From contig CAVTNR010000014.1 of NCBI GenBank assembly GCA_963736115.1, forward strand, positions 96,001-160,000: a stretch of 64,000 bases of DNA. The letters are read 5' to 3'. The notes under the pieces are model-generated. The model had not been told where the DNA came from and searched no databases. It saw only the letters and a list, made by a program, of their open reading frames with translations. Shown here piece by piece: positions 36,130 to 49,362 of this stretch; positions within the stretch are counted from its first letter, which is position 1; every line of letters starts with the position of its first letter. The stretch comes from an uncultured bacterium (lineage in GTDB: Bacteria; Zhuqueibacterota; QNDG01; DTFT01). The position numbers and the translations under genes are program-made.

Positions 36130-38814
36130 ATGACCGAAGCCAGGGCCAAAATCCTTGTGGTCGAGGACGAGCGCATCGTCGCGGAGGACATTCGGCGCAG
36201 TCTCCGAAAACTCGGATACGATGTGTGCGGCGTTGTCTCAACCGGCCAGGAAGCCGTCCGCAAGGCGCTTCAGCTCCGCCCCGATCTTGTCCTGATGGAC
36301 ATTGTGCTGCGCATGCCCATGAACGGCATCCAGGCCGCCGCGGCCATACATGAAAAGATCGACGTCCCCGTCATCTACCTCACCGCGTACGCTGATTCAG
36401 ACACCCTCGAAAAGGCAAAGCAGACCGAACCCTACGGATATCTTCTGAAGCCGTTTGAGAACCGGGAACTGCAGACCGCCATTGAAATGTCCCTCTACAA
36501 GCACCGGACGGAGAGACGGCTCCGGGAAAACGAGGCCTGGCTTTCAACCACGCTCCGCAGTCTGGCGGAAGGCGTCATCGCCACGAACGAGCGCGCGGAG
36601 ATCCTCTTCATGAATCCCGTGGCCGAACGATTGACCGGCTGGACGTTCGGGGAGGTCAACGGCAAACCTTTCTCCTCGGTGTTCCGGCTTGCCTCCTCCC
36701 GGACCGGCGACCTCCGGCCGGTCGAGAAGGTCCTCAAGTCCCGCACCGTGGTGAGCCTGCCGGAAGCGGCGCGCCTGATGCGCAAGGACGGTGAGGCCTT
36801 TGACGTCGACTTTCATGCCTCGCCCATACGGGACGAGCGGGGGAGAATTTTCGGCGCCGTGGCGGCTTTTCAGGACGTCACCCTGCGCAACCGGACGGAA
36901 GAAGCGCTGAAGAAATCCGAGCGGGAGAAGGGTCTCATCCTCAGCAGTGTCTCGGACATGGTTGTCTACCTGAACCGCGATCTCGAGATCATCTGGGCCA
37001 ATGCCGCCGCCGGCAAGGCGATGCGGAAAACGCCGGAGAAGATCATTGGATCCCGCTGTCATCAGATGTGGCACCGGAGAAACGCCCCCTGCCCGGACTG
37101 TGCCGTGCAGACGGCCTTGAATACGGGCGCGGCCTCGGACCGCATCATCGAAACCCGGAAAGGGCGCGTTTGGACGGCAAAAGCTTTTCCGGTCCGGAAC
37201 GACGCGGGCGAAATCACCGGCGCCGTCGAGGTCATCCGGGACGTCTCCGAGCAGAAGCGGGCGGAGGAACAGCTGGAAAAGGAGAGGGATTTCATCAACA
37301 CCCTGATCCAGACATCGCCGGCCTTCTACGCCGCGGTGGACGGGAAGGCCCGGACCCTGCTGGTGAATCAGACTCTGCTCGGCGCCGCCGGTTATGACGC
37401 GCAGGAGGTGATCGGGAAGGATTTTATCGACCGGTTCATCCATCCCGAGGACCGGGAATCCGCCCGCAGGGGTCTTTTGAGTCTCATCCGCCGAAAAGAA
37501 TCTTCGCTCCAGGCGTGCCGGATCAAGACGCGCGCCGGGGACGAGTTCGCCGTCGAATGGCACGGCCAGTGCGTGACGAGCCGGCGGGGGCGATTCGAAT
37601 ACGCATTCCTTCTTGGAATCGACGTCACGGAGCGGAAGCGGGCAGAGAAGGAGAAGGAACACATCGAGCATCAGCTCCTCCAGGCCCAGAAAATGGAGGC
37701 CATCGGGACGCTAACCGGCGGCGTGGCCCATGACTTCAATAATCTGCTCACCGCGATACAGGGCTGCACCGACATGGCCCTCCAGCGGGTCACTCCGTCC
37801 GACGTCATCCACCGGGATCTCCGGGAAGTCCAGGCCGCGGCTGTCCGGGCGGCGGAACTGACCCGCCAGCTCCTGCTGTTCAGCAGCAAGCATCCGACCC
37901 GTTTCGTTCCCATAGACGTCAATCAGACGGTGGGCAACCTGCTCCGGATGCTGCATCGTCTGATCGGGGAGGATATCGACGTGCGGACGCAGCTGCAGGG
38001 CAACCTGTGGACGATCCGGGCGGACAAGGGAAGTATCGAACAGGTCATCATGAACCTGACGGTGAATGCGCGCGACGCGATGGTGAAGGGAGGCCGCATC
38101 ACCATCAAGACGGAGAATGCGATTCTCCGGACGCCGAATCCGGCCGACCGGCCGGAAGCGAGGTCCGGGGATTTCGTTCTGCTGTCGGTCAACGACACGG
38201 GAACCGGCATTCCCGAGGACATCCGGTCGAGAATTTTCGAGCCGTTCTTCAGCACCAAAGGTCCCGGCGGGGGAACCGGACTGGGCCTTTCGGTCGTGTA
38301 CGGTATCGTGCGCCAGCACGAGGGCTGGATCGAAGTCCACAGCGAAATCGGCCGGGGCAGCCGCTTCGACATCTATTTCCCGGCCGTAAAGGAGCGCATC
38401 GCGGTGACGCATGACACGGCCGTCAGCCTCGAATCGCTCCGCGGCAACGGGGAGCGGATCCTCGCGGTCGAAGATTCGGACGGCATCCAGGAATTTCTGC
38501 GGGTCGCACTCCGGGAGAACGGGTACCTGGTCACGGTCGCGTCCAACGCGGAGGAGGCGCTCCGTTTGTACAGCCAGCACCGGGGGAATTTCGACCTCAT
38601 TTTCAGCGACGTGGTGCTGCCGGACCAGAGCGGCATCGATCTGGTTGAAAAACTGCGGAAAGAAAAACCCGGGCTCCGCGTTCTGCTGAGCAGCGGATAC
38701 ACGGATCATAAAAGCCAGTGGACTGTCATTCAGGAAAGAAATTATCCCTTCATCCAGAAACCGTACAGTCTTATACAGCTTCTGAGCACAATAAAGGAAA
38801 TGGTCAAGAAATAA
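36130..38814 (+). CDS. hybrid histidine kinase REC-PASx3-HisKA-HATPase-REC
   Basis: [36 protein letters not shown]-terminal receiver. Confidence 0.93.
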   Translation: MTEARAKILVVEDERIVAEDIRRSLRKLGYDVCGVVSTGQEAVRKALQLRPDLVLMDIVLRMPMNGIQAAAAIHEKIDVPVIYLTAYADSDTLEKAKQTEPYGYLLKPFENRELQTAIEMSLYKHRTERRLRENEAWLSTTLRSLAEGVIATNERAEILFMNPVAERLTGWTFGEVNGKPFSSVFRLASSRTGDLRPVEKVLKSRTVVSLPEAARLMRKDGEAFDVDFHASPIRDERGRIFGAVAAFQDVTLRNRTEEALKKSEREKGLILSSVSDMVVYLNRDLEIIWANAAAGKAMRKTPEKIIGSRCHQMWHRRNAPCPDCAVQTALNTGAASDRIIETRKGRVWTAKAFPVRNDAGEITGAVEVIRDVSEQKRAEEQLEKERDFINTLIQTSPAFYAAVDGKARTLLVNQTLLGAAGYDAQEVIGKDFIDRFIHPEDRESARRGLLSLIRRKESSLQACRIKTRAGDEFAVEWHGQCVTSRRGRFEYAFLLGIDVTERKRAEKEKEHIEHQLLQAQKMEAIGTLTGGVAHDFNNLLTAIQGCTDMALQRVTPSDVIHRDLREVQAAAVRAAELTRQLLLFSSKHPTRFVPIDVNQTVGNLLRMLHRLIGEDIDVRTQLQGNLWTIRADKGSIEQVIMNLTVNARDAMVKGGRITIKTENAILRTPNPADRPEARSGDFVLLSVNDTGTGIPEDIRSRIFEPFFSTKGPGGGTGLGLSVVYGIVRQHEGWIEVHSEIGRGSRFDIYFPAVKERIAVTHDTAVSLESLRGNGERILAVEDSDGIQEFLRVALRENGYLVTVASNAEEALRLYSQHRGNFDLIFSDVVLPDQSGIDLVEKLRKEKPGLRVLLSSGYTDHKSQWTVIQERNYPFIQKPYSLIQLLSTIKEMVKK

Positions 38815-39051
38815 TACGAATTTGTATTTTAATTTCGTATGTTTACGATATTGTCGTTTTTCCTTCCTCGACAAAGCTCATTTTATTCCCCCGGCGCCGG
38901 CGCGGGCCACCATTTCTGATCCGATCTTTCCTGTTTTGTGATCTTTTTTGCTTTTCAGACGACCAAATGGAATTCTGGCAGGTCTGATGTAATCCTTCTG
39001 GGGTTTGAAAAGCTTTCGTTTGCTACTATTTTGTCAAATGAATTTTCTAAA

Positions 39052-39067
39052 AATACAATATTGTATT
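39052..39067. promoter_or_regulatory. 16-bp palindrome, candidate activator-binding site
   Basis: AATACAATATTGTATT, ~110 bp upstream of the sigma54 site. Confidence 0.35.
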
Positions 39068-39176
39068 ATTTTTTTCCTGTATTTACAATTAATTTAATTT
39101 CTCCCTCCCACTTTAATTATTGATTATAAATGTTTTATCTCGAATCCAAGCGATCGTTCCTATCTCGCTTGTTCAT

Positions 39177-39191
39177 CGGCATTGCATTTGC
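39177..39191 (+). promoter_or_regulatory. sigma54 promoter upstream of glutamine synthetase
   Basis: CGGCATTGCATTTGC with GG-N10-GC spacing. Confidence 0.55.
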
Positions 39192-39312
39192 CTTGTTCTT
39201 GGCAGAAAATAGCTGTGCTTTCCGTCCGGATCTGTTCCGAGATTGACCGGCTACCGGAACCGGAAGAACCATAAAATCAAAGAACCGTTCCACCAACTGC
39301 GAGGGAATCGTC

Positions 39313-41502
<2,190 letters not shown>

Positions 41503-41541
41503 GCGCGCGGTCTCCGGCCGCCTGGATTTTCCGTGAAAGGC

Positions 41542-41566
41542 GGGTCCCCCGGTTAACGGGGGACCC
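41542..41566. other. intergenic 10-bp GC hairpin
   Basis: GGGTCCCCCG-GTTAA-CGGGGGACCC, no T tract. Confidence 0.6.
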
Positions 41567-41650
41567 ACATCAACGGGAATGCGGCACTTCCGGCGATCCG
41601 CTGAGCCGGCTGTCAGCAGTCCGGCCGGAATGACTCTGTGAGGGGAATTC

Positions 41651-44600
41651 ATGCAATCATCGAACCCGTTTCAAACCGATGCCGCGGGACGCATGCGGCC
41701 TTTCGGCCTGTATGACCCGGCGAACGACCGGGACAGCTGCGGCGTGGGTTTCGTCGCGCGCGTGGACGGCACGGCGCATCATGCGATGCTCCGCGACGGC
41801 ATCCGCATTCTCGTGAATCTGGAGCACCGGGGAGCTGTTGGCGGGGATAAAAGCACCGGGGACGGGGCCGGCATCATGGCCCAGGTTCCGGACGGTTTCT
41901 TCCGAAAAGTGTGGACGGGGCTGCGGCTTCCCCCGCCCGGGGATTACGCCGTCGGCATGACGTTTCTGCCGACCGACGCGGCCCTGGCCGAGCGCTGCAT
42001 GCAGGCCTTCGAGAGGACCGTGAAAGCCGAACGATGCGAAGTGCTCGGCTGGCGCGAGGTGCCGACGGACCGTTCGACGCTCGGACCGCTGGCGCGATCC
42101 ACCGAACCCCGGGTCGGACAGTTGTTCGTCAGCCGGGGCGAAACCCCGGCCGATGCCTTTGAAGCCAGGCTGTACGTCATCCGGCGGCTGGTCGAGAAGG
42201 AAATCCTGTCCTGGAAAAACTCCGCCGCCGCCGCTTTTTATGTCGTGAGTCTGTCGAGCCGCACCCTCGTCTACAAGGGCCTGCTCAACGGGCACCAGCT
42301 TCCGGAATACTTCCCCGACCTTCTGGACGAGCGTTTCATCAGCCCGTTCTCGCTCGTGCACCAGCGGTACAGCACCAATACCCTGCCGACCTGGGCGCTG
42401 GCCCAGCCCTTCCGGTACGTGGGGCACAACGGAGAGATCAACACGCTCCGCGGCAACATCAACCGTATGCAGGGCCGCGAGGCGCTCATGCGATCCCCGG
42501 CTTTTCCCGGGGATGACATCGATAAGATCAAGCCCGTGATCATGGAAGGCGGCAGTGACTCCGCGGTCTTCGACAATGTCCTCGAACTGCTCGTGCTCGC
42601 GGGGCGTTCCCTGCCGCACGCCGTCATGATGATGATACCCGAGGCATACGGCGGCAGGACCGGCCTCACGGAAGACAAACACGCTTTCTACGAGTTCCAT
42701 TCCTCTCTCATGGAGCCCTGGGACGGACCCGCGGCGATGGCCTTCTGCGACGGCCGCTGGATCGGCGCCACGCTCGACCGGAACGGCCTGCGGCCCGCCC
42801 GGTTCACGGTGACCCGCGACGGACTGATCGCCCTGGCTTCGGAAACCGGCGTCCTGGAATTCGCGGCCGAACAGATCCACCAGCACGGCAAACTCCAGCC
42901 CGGGAAAATGCTGCTCGTGGACCTGAAGCAGAACCGGATCGTGCCGGACAACGAGATCAAGGCGGAGATTTCCCGCCGCAAGCCGTACCGCCGGTGGCTC
43001 CGCGAGAACCGGATCGAACTGCGGGGCCTGTTCATGCCCTCCCAGGCGCCCCACGTGGACCCGGAGAAGCTGACGCGGCTTCAGCACGCCTTCGGATACA
43101 CGGACGAGGACCTGCGGATCCTGATCAACCCGATGGCGTCTCGCGGCCAGGAGGCCGTGGGGTCGATGGGGAACGACGCGGGACTCCCGGTTCTCTCCTC
43201 GCGTCCCCAGCTCCTGTTCTCCTATTTCAAGCAGTTGTTCGCGCAGGTGACCAATCCGCCCATTGATCCGCTCCGCGAGGAGCGGGTCATGTCGCTCGAA
43301 AGCAACGTGGGCCGCGAACGGAATTTCCTCGATGAAAGCCCGGAGCACTGCCGGGGCCTTCGCCTGCACCACCCCATTCTCACGATCGACGACATGGTCC
43401 GGATCGCCGAGGCCCGGCATCCCGACCTCCTGAGCCGGCGCATCGACATGCGTTTCCGGGCGGACGGCGGCGGGGCGGCCCTGGCCGAGGCGATGGAACG
43501 CATCTTCGCGGAGTCAGAGGCGGCGATCGCATCCGGCGCCGCCATTCTCATCCTTTCGGACCGGGACGTGGACGCCGAATGGGCGCCCGTCCCCTGCCTG
43601 ATGGCCACGGCCGGACTGCACCATCACCTGCTGCGGAAAGGGCTCCGGACATCCACCGGCATCGTCGTGGAATCCGGGGAACCGAGGGAGATATTCCATT
43701 TCGCCCTGCTGATCGGTTACGGCGCGGACGCCGTATGCCCGACCCTGGCGTTCCAGACGGTGCGTAGCCTGAGCGAGTCCAGCCTGCTCGAACAGCCGCT
43801 GCCGCCGGAAAACGCCATGGACAACTACATCACGGCGGTCAAGAAGGGCCTGCTGAAGACCTTCAGCCGCATGGGTATTTCCACGGTGCACAGCTTTTAC
43901 GGATCGCAGATATTCGAGGCGGTCGGCATCGGTCCGGACGTCATCCGCCGGTTTTTCCCCGGCACCGCGTCCCCGATCGGAGGCGCGGGCCTGGAGGCCA
44001 TCGCGGCGGAATCCGTGCAGCGTCTCCGCAGGGCGTTTCCCGCGGACGGTCGGGTTTCAAAACTGCTCGACGCCGGAGGGCAGTACGCCGTGCGCAACGA
44101 CGGGGAGAAGCATCTGTGGACCCCCGAGGCCGTTTTCACGCTCCAGACCGCGGCGAAGCTGAATGATTACGGCCTGTACCTGAAATTCGCGGAATTGATG
44201 GACCGGCTCACGGCGGGGAACACGACGCTCCGGGGCCTGCTCCGGTTCAAACCCCGCGATCCGGTTCCCCTCGACGAAGTGGAGCCGGTCGAAGCCATAT
44301 TGCCGCGCTTCGTGTCCGCGGCCATGTCGTTCGGATCCATCAGCCGCGAGGCCCACGAGGCCGTGGCCGCGGCCATGAACCGGATCGGCGGCCGCAGCAA
44401 TTCCGGAGAGGGGGGCGAGGATCCCGGCCGGACCGTTCCCCTGCCGAACGGCGACCGGCTGTTCTCGCGGATCCGGCAAGTGGCCTCCGGCCGTTTCGGA
44501 GTCACGACCGAATACCTCGTGCATGCGGACGAGCTCCAGATCAAGATCGCGCAGGGCGCCAAGCCCGGCGAAGGGGGACAGCTCCCCGGGCACAAGGTCA

Positions 44601-46222
44601 CGGAAGAAATCGCGCGCGTCCGGCACACCACACCCGGCGTGACCCTGATTTCACCGCCCCCGCACCATGACATCTATTCCATCGAGGACCTGGCCCAGCT
44701 GATCCACGATCTGCGCACCGTGAATCCGTCCGCGCGGGTGTCCGTGAAGCTGGTGTCGGAGGTCGGCGTCGGCACCGTGGCCGCGGGCGTGGCCAAGGCG
44801 CGCGCCGATCTCGTGCTGATCTCGGGACAGGAGGGAGGCACGGGCGCTTCGCCGCTCACGGCCATCAAGCACGCCGGCCTTCCCTGGGAACTCGGCCTGG
44901 CCGAGGCTCAGCAGGCGCTCATGGCCAACCAGCTCCGCGGCCAGATTCGCGTTCAGGTCGACGGACAGCTCAAGACCGGCCGCGACCTTGCCGTGGCGGC
45001 CCTGCTGGGCGCGGAGGAATTCGGATTCGGAACCGCCCTGCTCATCACCCTCGGGTGCGTGATGGTCCGCAAGTGCCACCTGAACTCCTGCCCAACGGGC
45101 GTGGCCACGCAGGATCCCGTGCTCCGGTCCCGGTTCGGCGGCAAGGCCGATTACGTGGAGCGTTTCCTGCGTTTCACCGCGCAGAATCTGCGCGAACACA
45201 TGGCGTCACTGGGTTTCCGGACCGTGGATGAAATGGTCGGCCGCGCCGATGTTCTGGAATTCACGCCGCCGGCCGGGCACTGGAAGGCGTCGGGCCTCGA
45301 CCTTTCGCCCCTGCTTGTCACCGCGCCCGAGGGCGTCTGCCGGCGCTGCACCTCGGGGCCCGGCCCCCGGGACGAGATCGACCTCGAAGTCCGTATCCGC
45401 GAACTGGCGGAGGCCGCGATCGCGGATGGCCGGAAAACGGAAATCGATCTTCCGGTGCGGAACGTGCACCGGACCGTCGGCGCCGGCATCAGCGGGGAGA
45501 TCGTCCGGCGGCACGGCCCCGGCGGGCTTCCGGACGGCACGCTGGCCATCCGGCTGAAAGGATCCGCGGGCCAGAGCCTGGGCGCGTTTCTCGCGCCGGG
45601 CGTTGAAATACGCGTCGAGGGAGACGCGAACGACTATGTCGGAAAAGGCCTGTCGGGCGGACGCATCGTCCTGGTACCGCCCGCGGGCGCGGCATTCATG
45701 CCGCATGAAAACGTGCTGATCGGAAATGTGGCGCTGTACGGCGCGACCTCCGGGGAGCTCTTTGTCAATGGCATCGCGGGAGAGCGGTTCGCCGTCCGAA
45801 ACAGCGGCGCCGTCGCGGTGGTCGAGGGCATCGGGGATCACGGCTGTGAATACATGACCGGCGGGACCGTTGTGGTCATCGGCCAGACGGGAAACAATTT
45901 CGCCGCGGGCATGAGCGGCGGCATCGCGTACGTGTACGACCCCACGGAACGCTTCGATACGCGGTGCAATTTCGATATGGTCGACCTCGAGAGCGTTTCG
46001 GACCCGAAGGACCGGGTCCTTCTCCGCGGCCTGATCGAGAGGCATTTCGAGAGGACCGCCAGCCCGCGCGCAAAAACCCTTCTGGAAAACTGGGAAGCGC
46101 ACCTGCCCCTGTTCGTGAAGGTCGTGCCCGTCGATTACCGCCAGGTGCTCGAGCGGATGCGGCGGAAGGAGGACACGGAGCAGGAAACAGTGGCCGCGAC
46201 CGAGGAGGTGTTTCATGGGTAA
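41651..46222 (+). CDS. gltB: glutamate synthase large subunit
   Basis: DSCGVGF, HNGEINT, EPWDGPA, QGAKPGEGGQLPG, CVMVRKCHLNSCP. Confidence 0.97.
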   Translation: MQSSNPFQTDAAGRMRPFGLYDPANDRDSCGVGFVARVDGTAHHAMLRDGIRILVNLEHRGAVGGDKSTGDGAGIMAQVPDGFFRKVWTGLRLPPPGDYAVGMTFLPTDAALAERCMQAFERTVKAERCEVLGWREVPTDRSTLGPLARSTEPRVGQLFVSRGETPADAFEARLYVIRRLVEKEILSWKNSAAAAFYVVSLSSRTLVYKGLLNGHQLPEYFPDLLDERFISPFSLVHQRYSTNTLPTWALAQPFRYVGHNGEINTLRGNINRMQGREALMRSPAFPGDDIDKIKPVIMEGGSDSAVFDNVLELLVLAGRSLPHAVMMMIPEAYGGRTGLTEDKHAFYEFHSSLMEPWDGPAAMAFCDGRWIGATLDRNGLRPARFTVTRDGLIALASETGVLEFAAEQIHQHGKLQPGKMLLVDLKQNRIVPDNEIKAEISRRKPYRRWLRENRIELRGLFMPSQAPHVDPEKLTRLQHAFGYTDEDLRILINPMASRGQEAVGSMGNDAGLPVLSSRPQLLFSYFKQLFAQVTNPPIDPLREERVMSLESNVGRERNFLDESPEHCRGLRLHHPILTIDDMVRIAEARHPDLLSRRIDMRFRADGGGAALAEAMERIFAESEAAIASGAAILILSDRDVDAEWAPVPCLMATAGLHHHLLRKGLRTSTGIVVESGEPREIFHFALLIGYGADAVCPTLAFQTVRSLSESSLLEQPLPPENAMDNYITAVKKGLLKTFSRMGISTVHSFYGSQIFEAVGIGPDVIRRFFPGTASPIGGAGLEAIAAESVQRLRRAFPADGRVSKLLDAGGQYAVRNDGEKHLWTPEAVFTLQTAAKLNDYGLYLKFAELMDRLTAGNTTLRGLLRFKPRDPVPLDEVEPVEAILPRFVSAAMSFGSISREAHEAVAAAMNRIGGRSNSGEGGEDPGRTVPLPNGDRLFSRIRQVASGRFGVTTEYLVHADELQIKIAQGAKPGEGGQLPGHKVTEEIARVRHTTPGVTLISPPPHHDIYSIEDLAQLIHDLRTVNPSARVSVKLVSEVGVGTVAAGVAKARADLVLISGQEGGTGASPLTAIKHAGLPWELGLAEAQQALMANQLRGQIRVQVDGQLKTGRDLAVAALLGAEEFGFGTALLITLGCVMVRKCHLNSCPTGVATQDPVLRSRFGGKADYVERFLRFTAQNLREHMASLGFRTVDEMVGRADVLEFTPPAGHWKASGLDLSPLLVTAPEGVCRRCTSGPGPRDEIDLEVRIRELAEAAIADGRKTEIDLPVRNVHRTVGAGISGEIVRRHGPGGLPDGTLAIRLKGSAGQSLGAFLAPGVEIRVEGDANDYVGKGLSGGRIVLVPPAGAAFMPHENVLIGNVALYGATSGELFVNGIAGERFAVRNSGAVAVVEGIGDHGCEYMTGGTVVVIGQTGNNFAAGMSGGIAYVYDPTERFDTRCNFDMVDLESVSDPKDRVLLRGLIERHFERTASPRAKTLLENWEAHLPLFVKVVPVDYRQVLERMRRKEDTEQETVAATEEVFHG

Positions 46223-47654
46223 GCCGACCGGATTTCTGGAGGTGCGGCGGGAGGATCCGGCCAAGCGCAAGGCGGCAGACCGCATCCGGGATTACCGGGA
46301 ATTCGAACTGCCTCTGCCGGCCGAACGGCTCCAGAAGCAGGCGTCCCGGTGCATGGACTGCGGTGTGCCGTACTGCCACGCCTACGGGTGTCCGCTGGCC
46401 AACCGCATCCCTGATTTCAACCACATGGTGTATCTGGGCCAGTGGCAAAAGGCCCTCGACCTTCTGCACGAGACGAACAATTTTCCCGAATTCACGGGAC
46501 GGCTGTGCCCCGCGCCCTGCGAGGCCGCCTGCACATTGTCCGTGAACCAGGACCCCGTTACCATCCGCCACATCGAACAGCAGATCGTGGAATGGGGATG
46601 GCGGGAGGGCGCCATTCGCCCGGAACCGGCGTCCCGGAAGTCCGGCATGCGGGTGGCGGTGGTCGGGTCCGGGCCCGCGGGTCTGGCCGCGGCCCAGCAG
46701 CTCGGCCGCGCCGGGCACGAGGCCGTCGTGTTCGAGCGCGCGGACCGGGCCGGCGGGCTTCTCCGGTACGGTATTCCTGATTTCAAGCTCGAGAAATGGA
46801 TGATCGACCGCCGTATCGAGCAGATGCAGTTGGAGGGCGTGACTTTCGAGACGCAGGTGGACGTGGGCACGGACGTTTCCGCCCGGTACCTGCGGCGCAG
46901 TTTCAAGGCCATTCTGATCGCAGCCGGCGCCTCAGCGCCGCGGGACTTGTCCGTCCCGGGCCGGACCTTGTCCGGCATCCACTTCGCGATGGATTTCCTG
47001 ACCCGGCAGAACCGGCTGGTCGCCGGGGAATCGCAGGACGCGTTCACGCCGATCTCCGCGGCCGACAAGACCGTGGTGGTCATCGGCGGGGGCGACACCG
47101 GTTCCGATTGCGTGGGCACGGCGCGGCGCCAGGGGGCCAGGAGCATCCGGCAGATTGAAATCCTGCCAAGACCCCCGGAGTCGCGGGAACCGTTCAATCC
47201 CTGGCCGGCCTGGCCGAACATCATGCGGCATTCCAGCTCGCATGAGGAGGGATGCGAACGCGACTGGGCGGTTTCCACGGTGTCCTTTTCCGGAGCGGAC
47301 GGGAAAGTGACCGGCCTCCAGTGCAGGCGCGTGGAATGGGATGCCACGGATACGACCGGCCGCAAGGCATTCCGTGAAATTCCAGAATCGGATTTCGAGA
47401 TCAAAGCCGACCTCGTTCTGCTCGCGCTCGGATTTACCCACGTCGAGCACGGCGTTCTTCTTCAGCATCTCGGCGCCCGGCTGGACGACAGGGGCGGTCT
47501 GATCCTCGGTCCGGACGGCATGACCACCCATCCCGGGGTTTTCGCGGCCGGCGACGCGGTGCTCGGCGCAAGCCTCGTCGTGCGGGCCATCCAGAGCGGA
47601 CGCCAGGCGGCTTCGGACGTTTCCCGATTTCTGGCGGGTCTTCCCCCGCGATAA
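46215..47654 (+). CDS. gltD: glutamate synthase small subunit
   Basis: MGKPTGF, RCMDCGVPYC, GSGPAG, GGGDTGSDC. Confidence 0.97.
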   Translation: MGKPTGFLEVRREDPAKRKAADRIRDYREFELPLPAERLQKQASRCMDCGVPYCHAYGCPLANRIPDFNHMVYLGQWQKALDLLHETNNFPEFTGRLCPAPCEAACTLSVNQDPVTIRHIEQQIVEWGWREGAIRPEPASRKSGMRVAVVGSGPAGLAAAQQLGRAGHEAVVFERADRAGGLLRYGIPDFKLEKWMIDRRIEQMQLEGVTFETQVDVGTDVSARYLRRSFKAILIAAGASAPRDLSVPGRTLSGIHFAMDFLTRQNRLVAGESQDAFTPISAADKTVVVIGGGDTGSDCVGTARRQGARSIRQIEILPRPPESREPFNPWPAWPNIMRHSSSHEEGCERDWAVSTVSFSGADGKVTGLQCRRVEWDATDTTGRKAFREIPESDFEIKADLVLLALGFTHVEHGVLLQHLGARLDDRGGLILGPDGMTTHPGVFAAGDAVLGASLVVRAIQSGRQAASDVSRFLAGLPPR

Positions 47655-47687
47655 AACGACTTATTTCTCAGGACAACCCCCTCACAG

Positions 47688-47730
47688 AAACCGGTCCGCG
47701 TCTTCATCAAGCGGGCCGGTTTTTTTATTT
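47688..47730 (+). terminator. intrinsic terminator
   Basis: AAACCGGTCCGC/GCGGGCCGGTTT stem plus T tract. Confidence 0.75.
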
Positions 47731-47847
47731 TCCTTTCTGACGCGGAGTTTGTATCTTATAAGAGGCAAAGCGCATGGCGCACAGAGCAAAGAGCACAGGG
47801 TAAAACGTCTGTCGTTGTTCATCGATCATAGAGGGGAGAAAGTCCGG

Positions 47848-48822
47848 TTGAAAATCCAAACCATAGAATACCGCGGATGGAAGGATTCGGTGGAGATATT
47901 GAACGTGGATTGCAGGGTCGTTGTCGTGCCTGCCATCGGGCGCATCATGCATTACGGGTTCCGGGACGCGGAGAACATGCTGTGGGAAAATCCGGCGCTC
48001 TCCGGCATCCGTCTGCCGGATCCGGATACCGGATCCTTTCCGGGGACGATGGAGTGGATGAATTTCGGGGGGGACAAGGTCTGGCCCATGGAGCAGGGAA
48101 GATGGTCGGCCGTGAACGGGTCCGCCTGGCCGCCGGATCCGTGGTTCGACGGAGCGGCGCACACCGCCCGTCTTACTCCGGAGGGATGCGTCATCACAGG
48201 ACCGGTCAGCCGTTTCAACGGCGGACGTTCCGTGCGCGAAATCCGTCTTGCGGCCTCGGGCACTCGCCTGTCCATCCGCCAGCGCATCGAAAAAATGATG
48301 CCGGTTCCTGCAGTAGCCGGAGGACCGGTTCTATTCACGAACTGGAACGTCACCCAGGTCCGCAGGCCAGAACGCATTCTGTTCCCGGCCGTGCCCCGGG
48401 ATCCTTCCGGGCCGTGGTTTCACGATTATGTTTTCGAGGGAGCATCCGCGTCGGACCGTGCGCGAAAATGGCCGGGGCCCGGAGAGGGAACGGGCATCTT
48501 CACGCCGGACCCGGTCCGTTCATTGAAAATCGGGGCGGACACTGAAGGATGGCTGGCCGGCCTCGTCGGAGAGGACCTGATCGTTGAACGGTTCGAACGC
48601 GTTCCTGATGCCGCGTATCCGGACGGCGGGCTCACCGTGGCGGCCTATTCCTGTCCGGAATACGCGGAACTGGAAATCATGAGTCCCTTGCGTCCGCTCA
48701 CGCCCGGAGACACGCTCTTGTTTGATATCGAATGGGAACTGACCACCCTGTCCTCTGTTTCCGGAGAGGAACGGCTGGAGGAGGCGGTCGGGGTTCTCAC
48801 CGGGATGAAGCCCGGCGCGTGA
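47848..48822 (+). CDS. DUF4380-like (mutarotase-like fold) protein
   Basis: TTG start after GAGGGGAG; YRGW, PAIGRIM, NFGGDKVWP, YAELEIMSP. Confidence 0.65.
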   Translation: MKIQTIEYRGWKDSVEILNVDCRVVVVPAIGRIMHYGFRDAENMLWENPALSGIRLPDPDTGSFPGTMEWMNFGGDKVWPMEQGRWSAVNGSAWPPDPWFDGAAHTARLTPEGCVITGPVSRFNGGRSVREIRLAASGTRLSIRQRIEKMMPVPAVAGGPVLFTNWNVTQVRRPERILFPAVPRDPSGPWFHDYVFEGASASDRARKWPGPGEGTGIFTPDPVRSLKIGADTEGWLAGLVGEDLIVERFERVPDAAYPDGGLTVAAYSCPEYAELEIMSPLRPLTPGDTLLFDIEWELTTLSSVSGEERLEEAVGVLTGMKPGA

Positions 48823-48850
48823 ACGACCGTCCCGGCGATCCGGGCCCGTC

Positions 48851-49219
48851 CTACCGGAACGTCTTGCCGAAGGGAGACAGGGCGAGGCCGGTGAGCTTGA
48901 CGTGCTGTTTCGCGAAAGGCAGTCCGATCACGGTGATCGCCAGCAGCAGGGCGAAGACCAGGTGGCAGACCGCGATCCAGATTCCGCCGACGAGAATCCA
49001 GAGGATGTTCATGAGGATCGAGAGAATGGTCGGCGGTTCCCGTTTTTCAATCACCTTTTTGCCGAACGGAAAAAGCGCCAGCAGGGACAGCTTGATACAC
49101 TGCACGCCGAAGGGGATGCCGATGATCGTGAGGCAGAGGATCAGGCCGCCGATCAGGTAACCGATGAAGATCAGTATCCCGCCGAAGACCATCCAGACCA
49201 GGTTGCCGAGAACGCTCAA
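48851..49219 (-). CDS. yccF: YccF-family inner membrane protein
   Basis: Duplicated N.LW..GG / TIIGIPFG / PFGK motifs. Confidence 0.92.
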   Translation of the reverse strand: MSVLGNLVWMVFGGILIFIGYLIGGLILCLTIIGIPFGVQCIKLSLLALFPFGKKVIEKREPPTILSILMNILWILVGGIWIAVCHLVFALLLAITVIGLPFAKQHVKLTGLALSPFGKTFR

Positions 49220-49260
49220 GTCATCTCCCTGATGTTGATTCCGGTTCGTCGTTCACTCCG

Positions 49261-49345
49261 GTGCGGAGGCTCCCGCCTCCGCACTTGCGGGGTGAAATGA
49301 TAATCCGAGATTGCCACGCCCCGCGGAGTGGGGCTCGCAATGACA
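49261..49345. repeat. perfect hairpin plus a GAGATTGCCAC...CTCGCAATGACA palindromic repeat half
   Basis: GTGCGGAGGC-TCCC-GCCTCCGCAC (49261-49284); 49307-49345 resembles the widespread GTCATTGCGAG-type intergenic repeats. Confidence 0.55.
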
Positions 49346-49362
49346 GGTCCGTGTCCGCCGGC

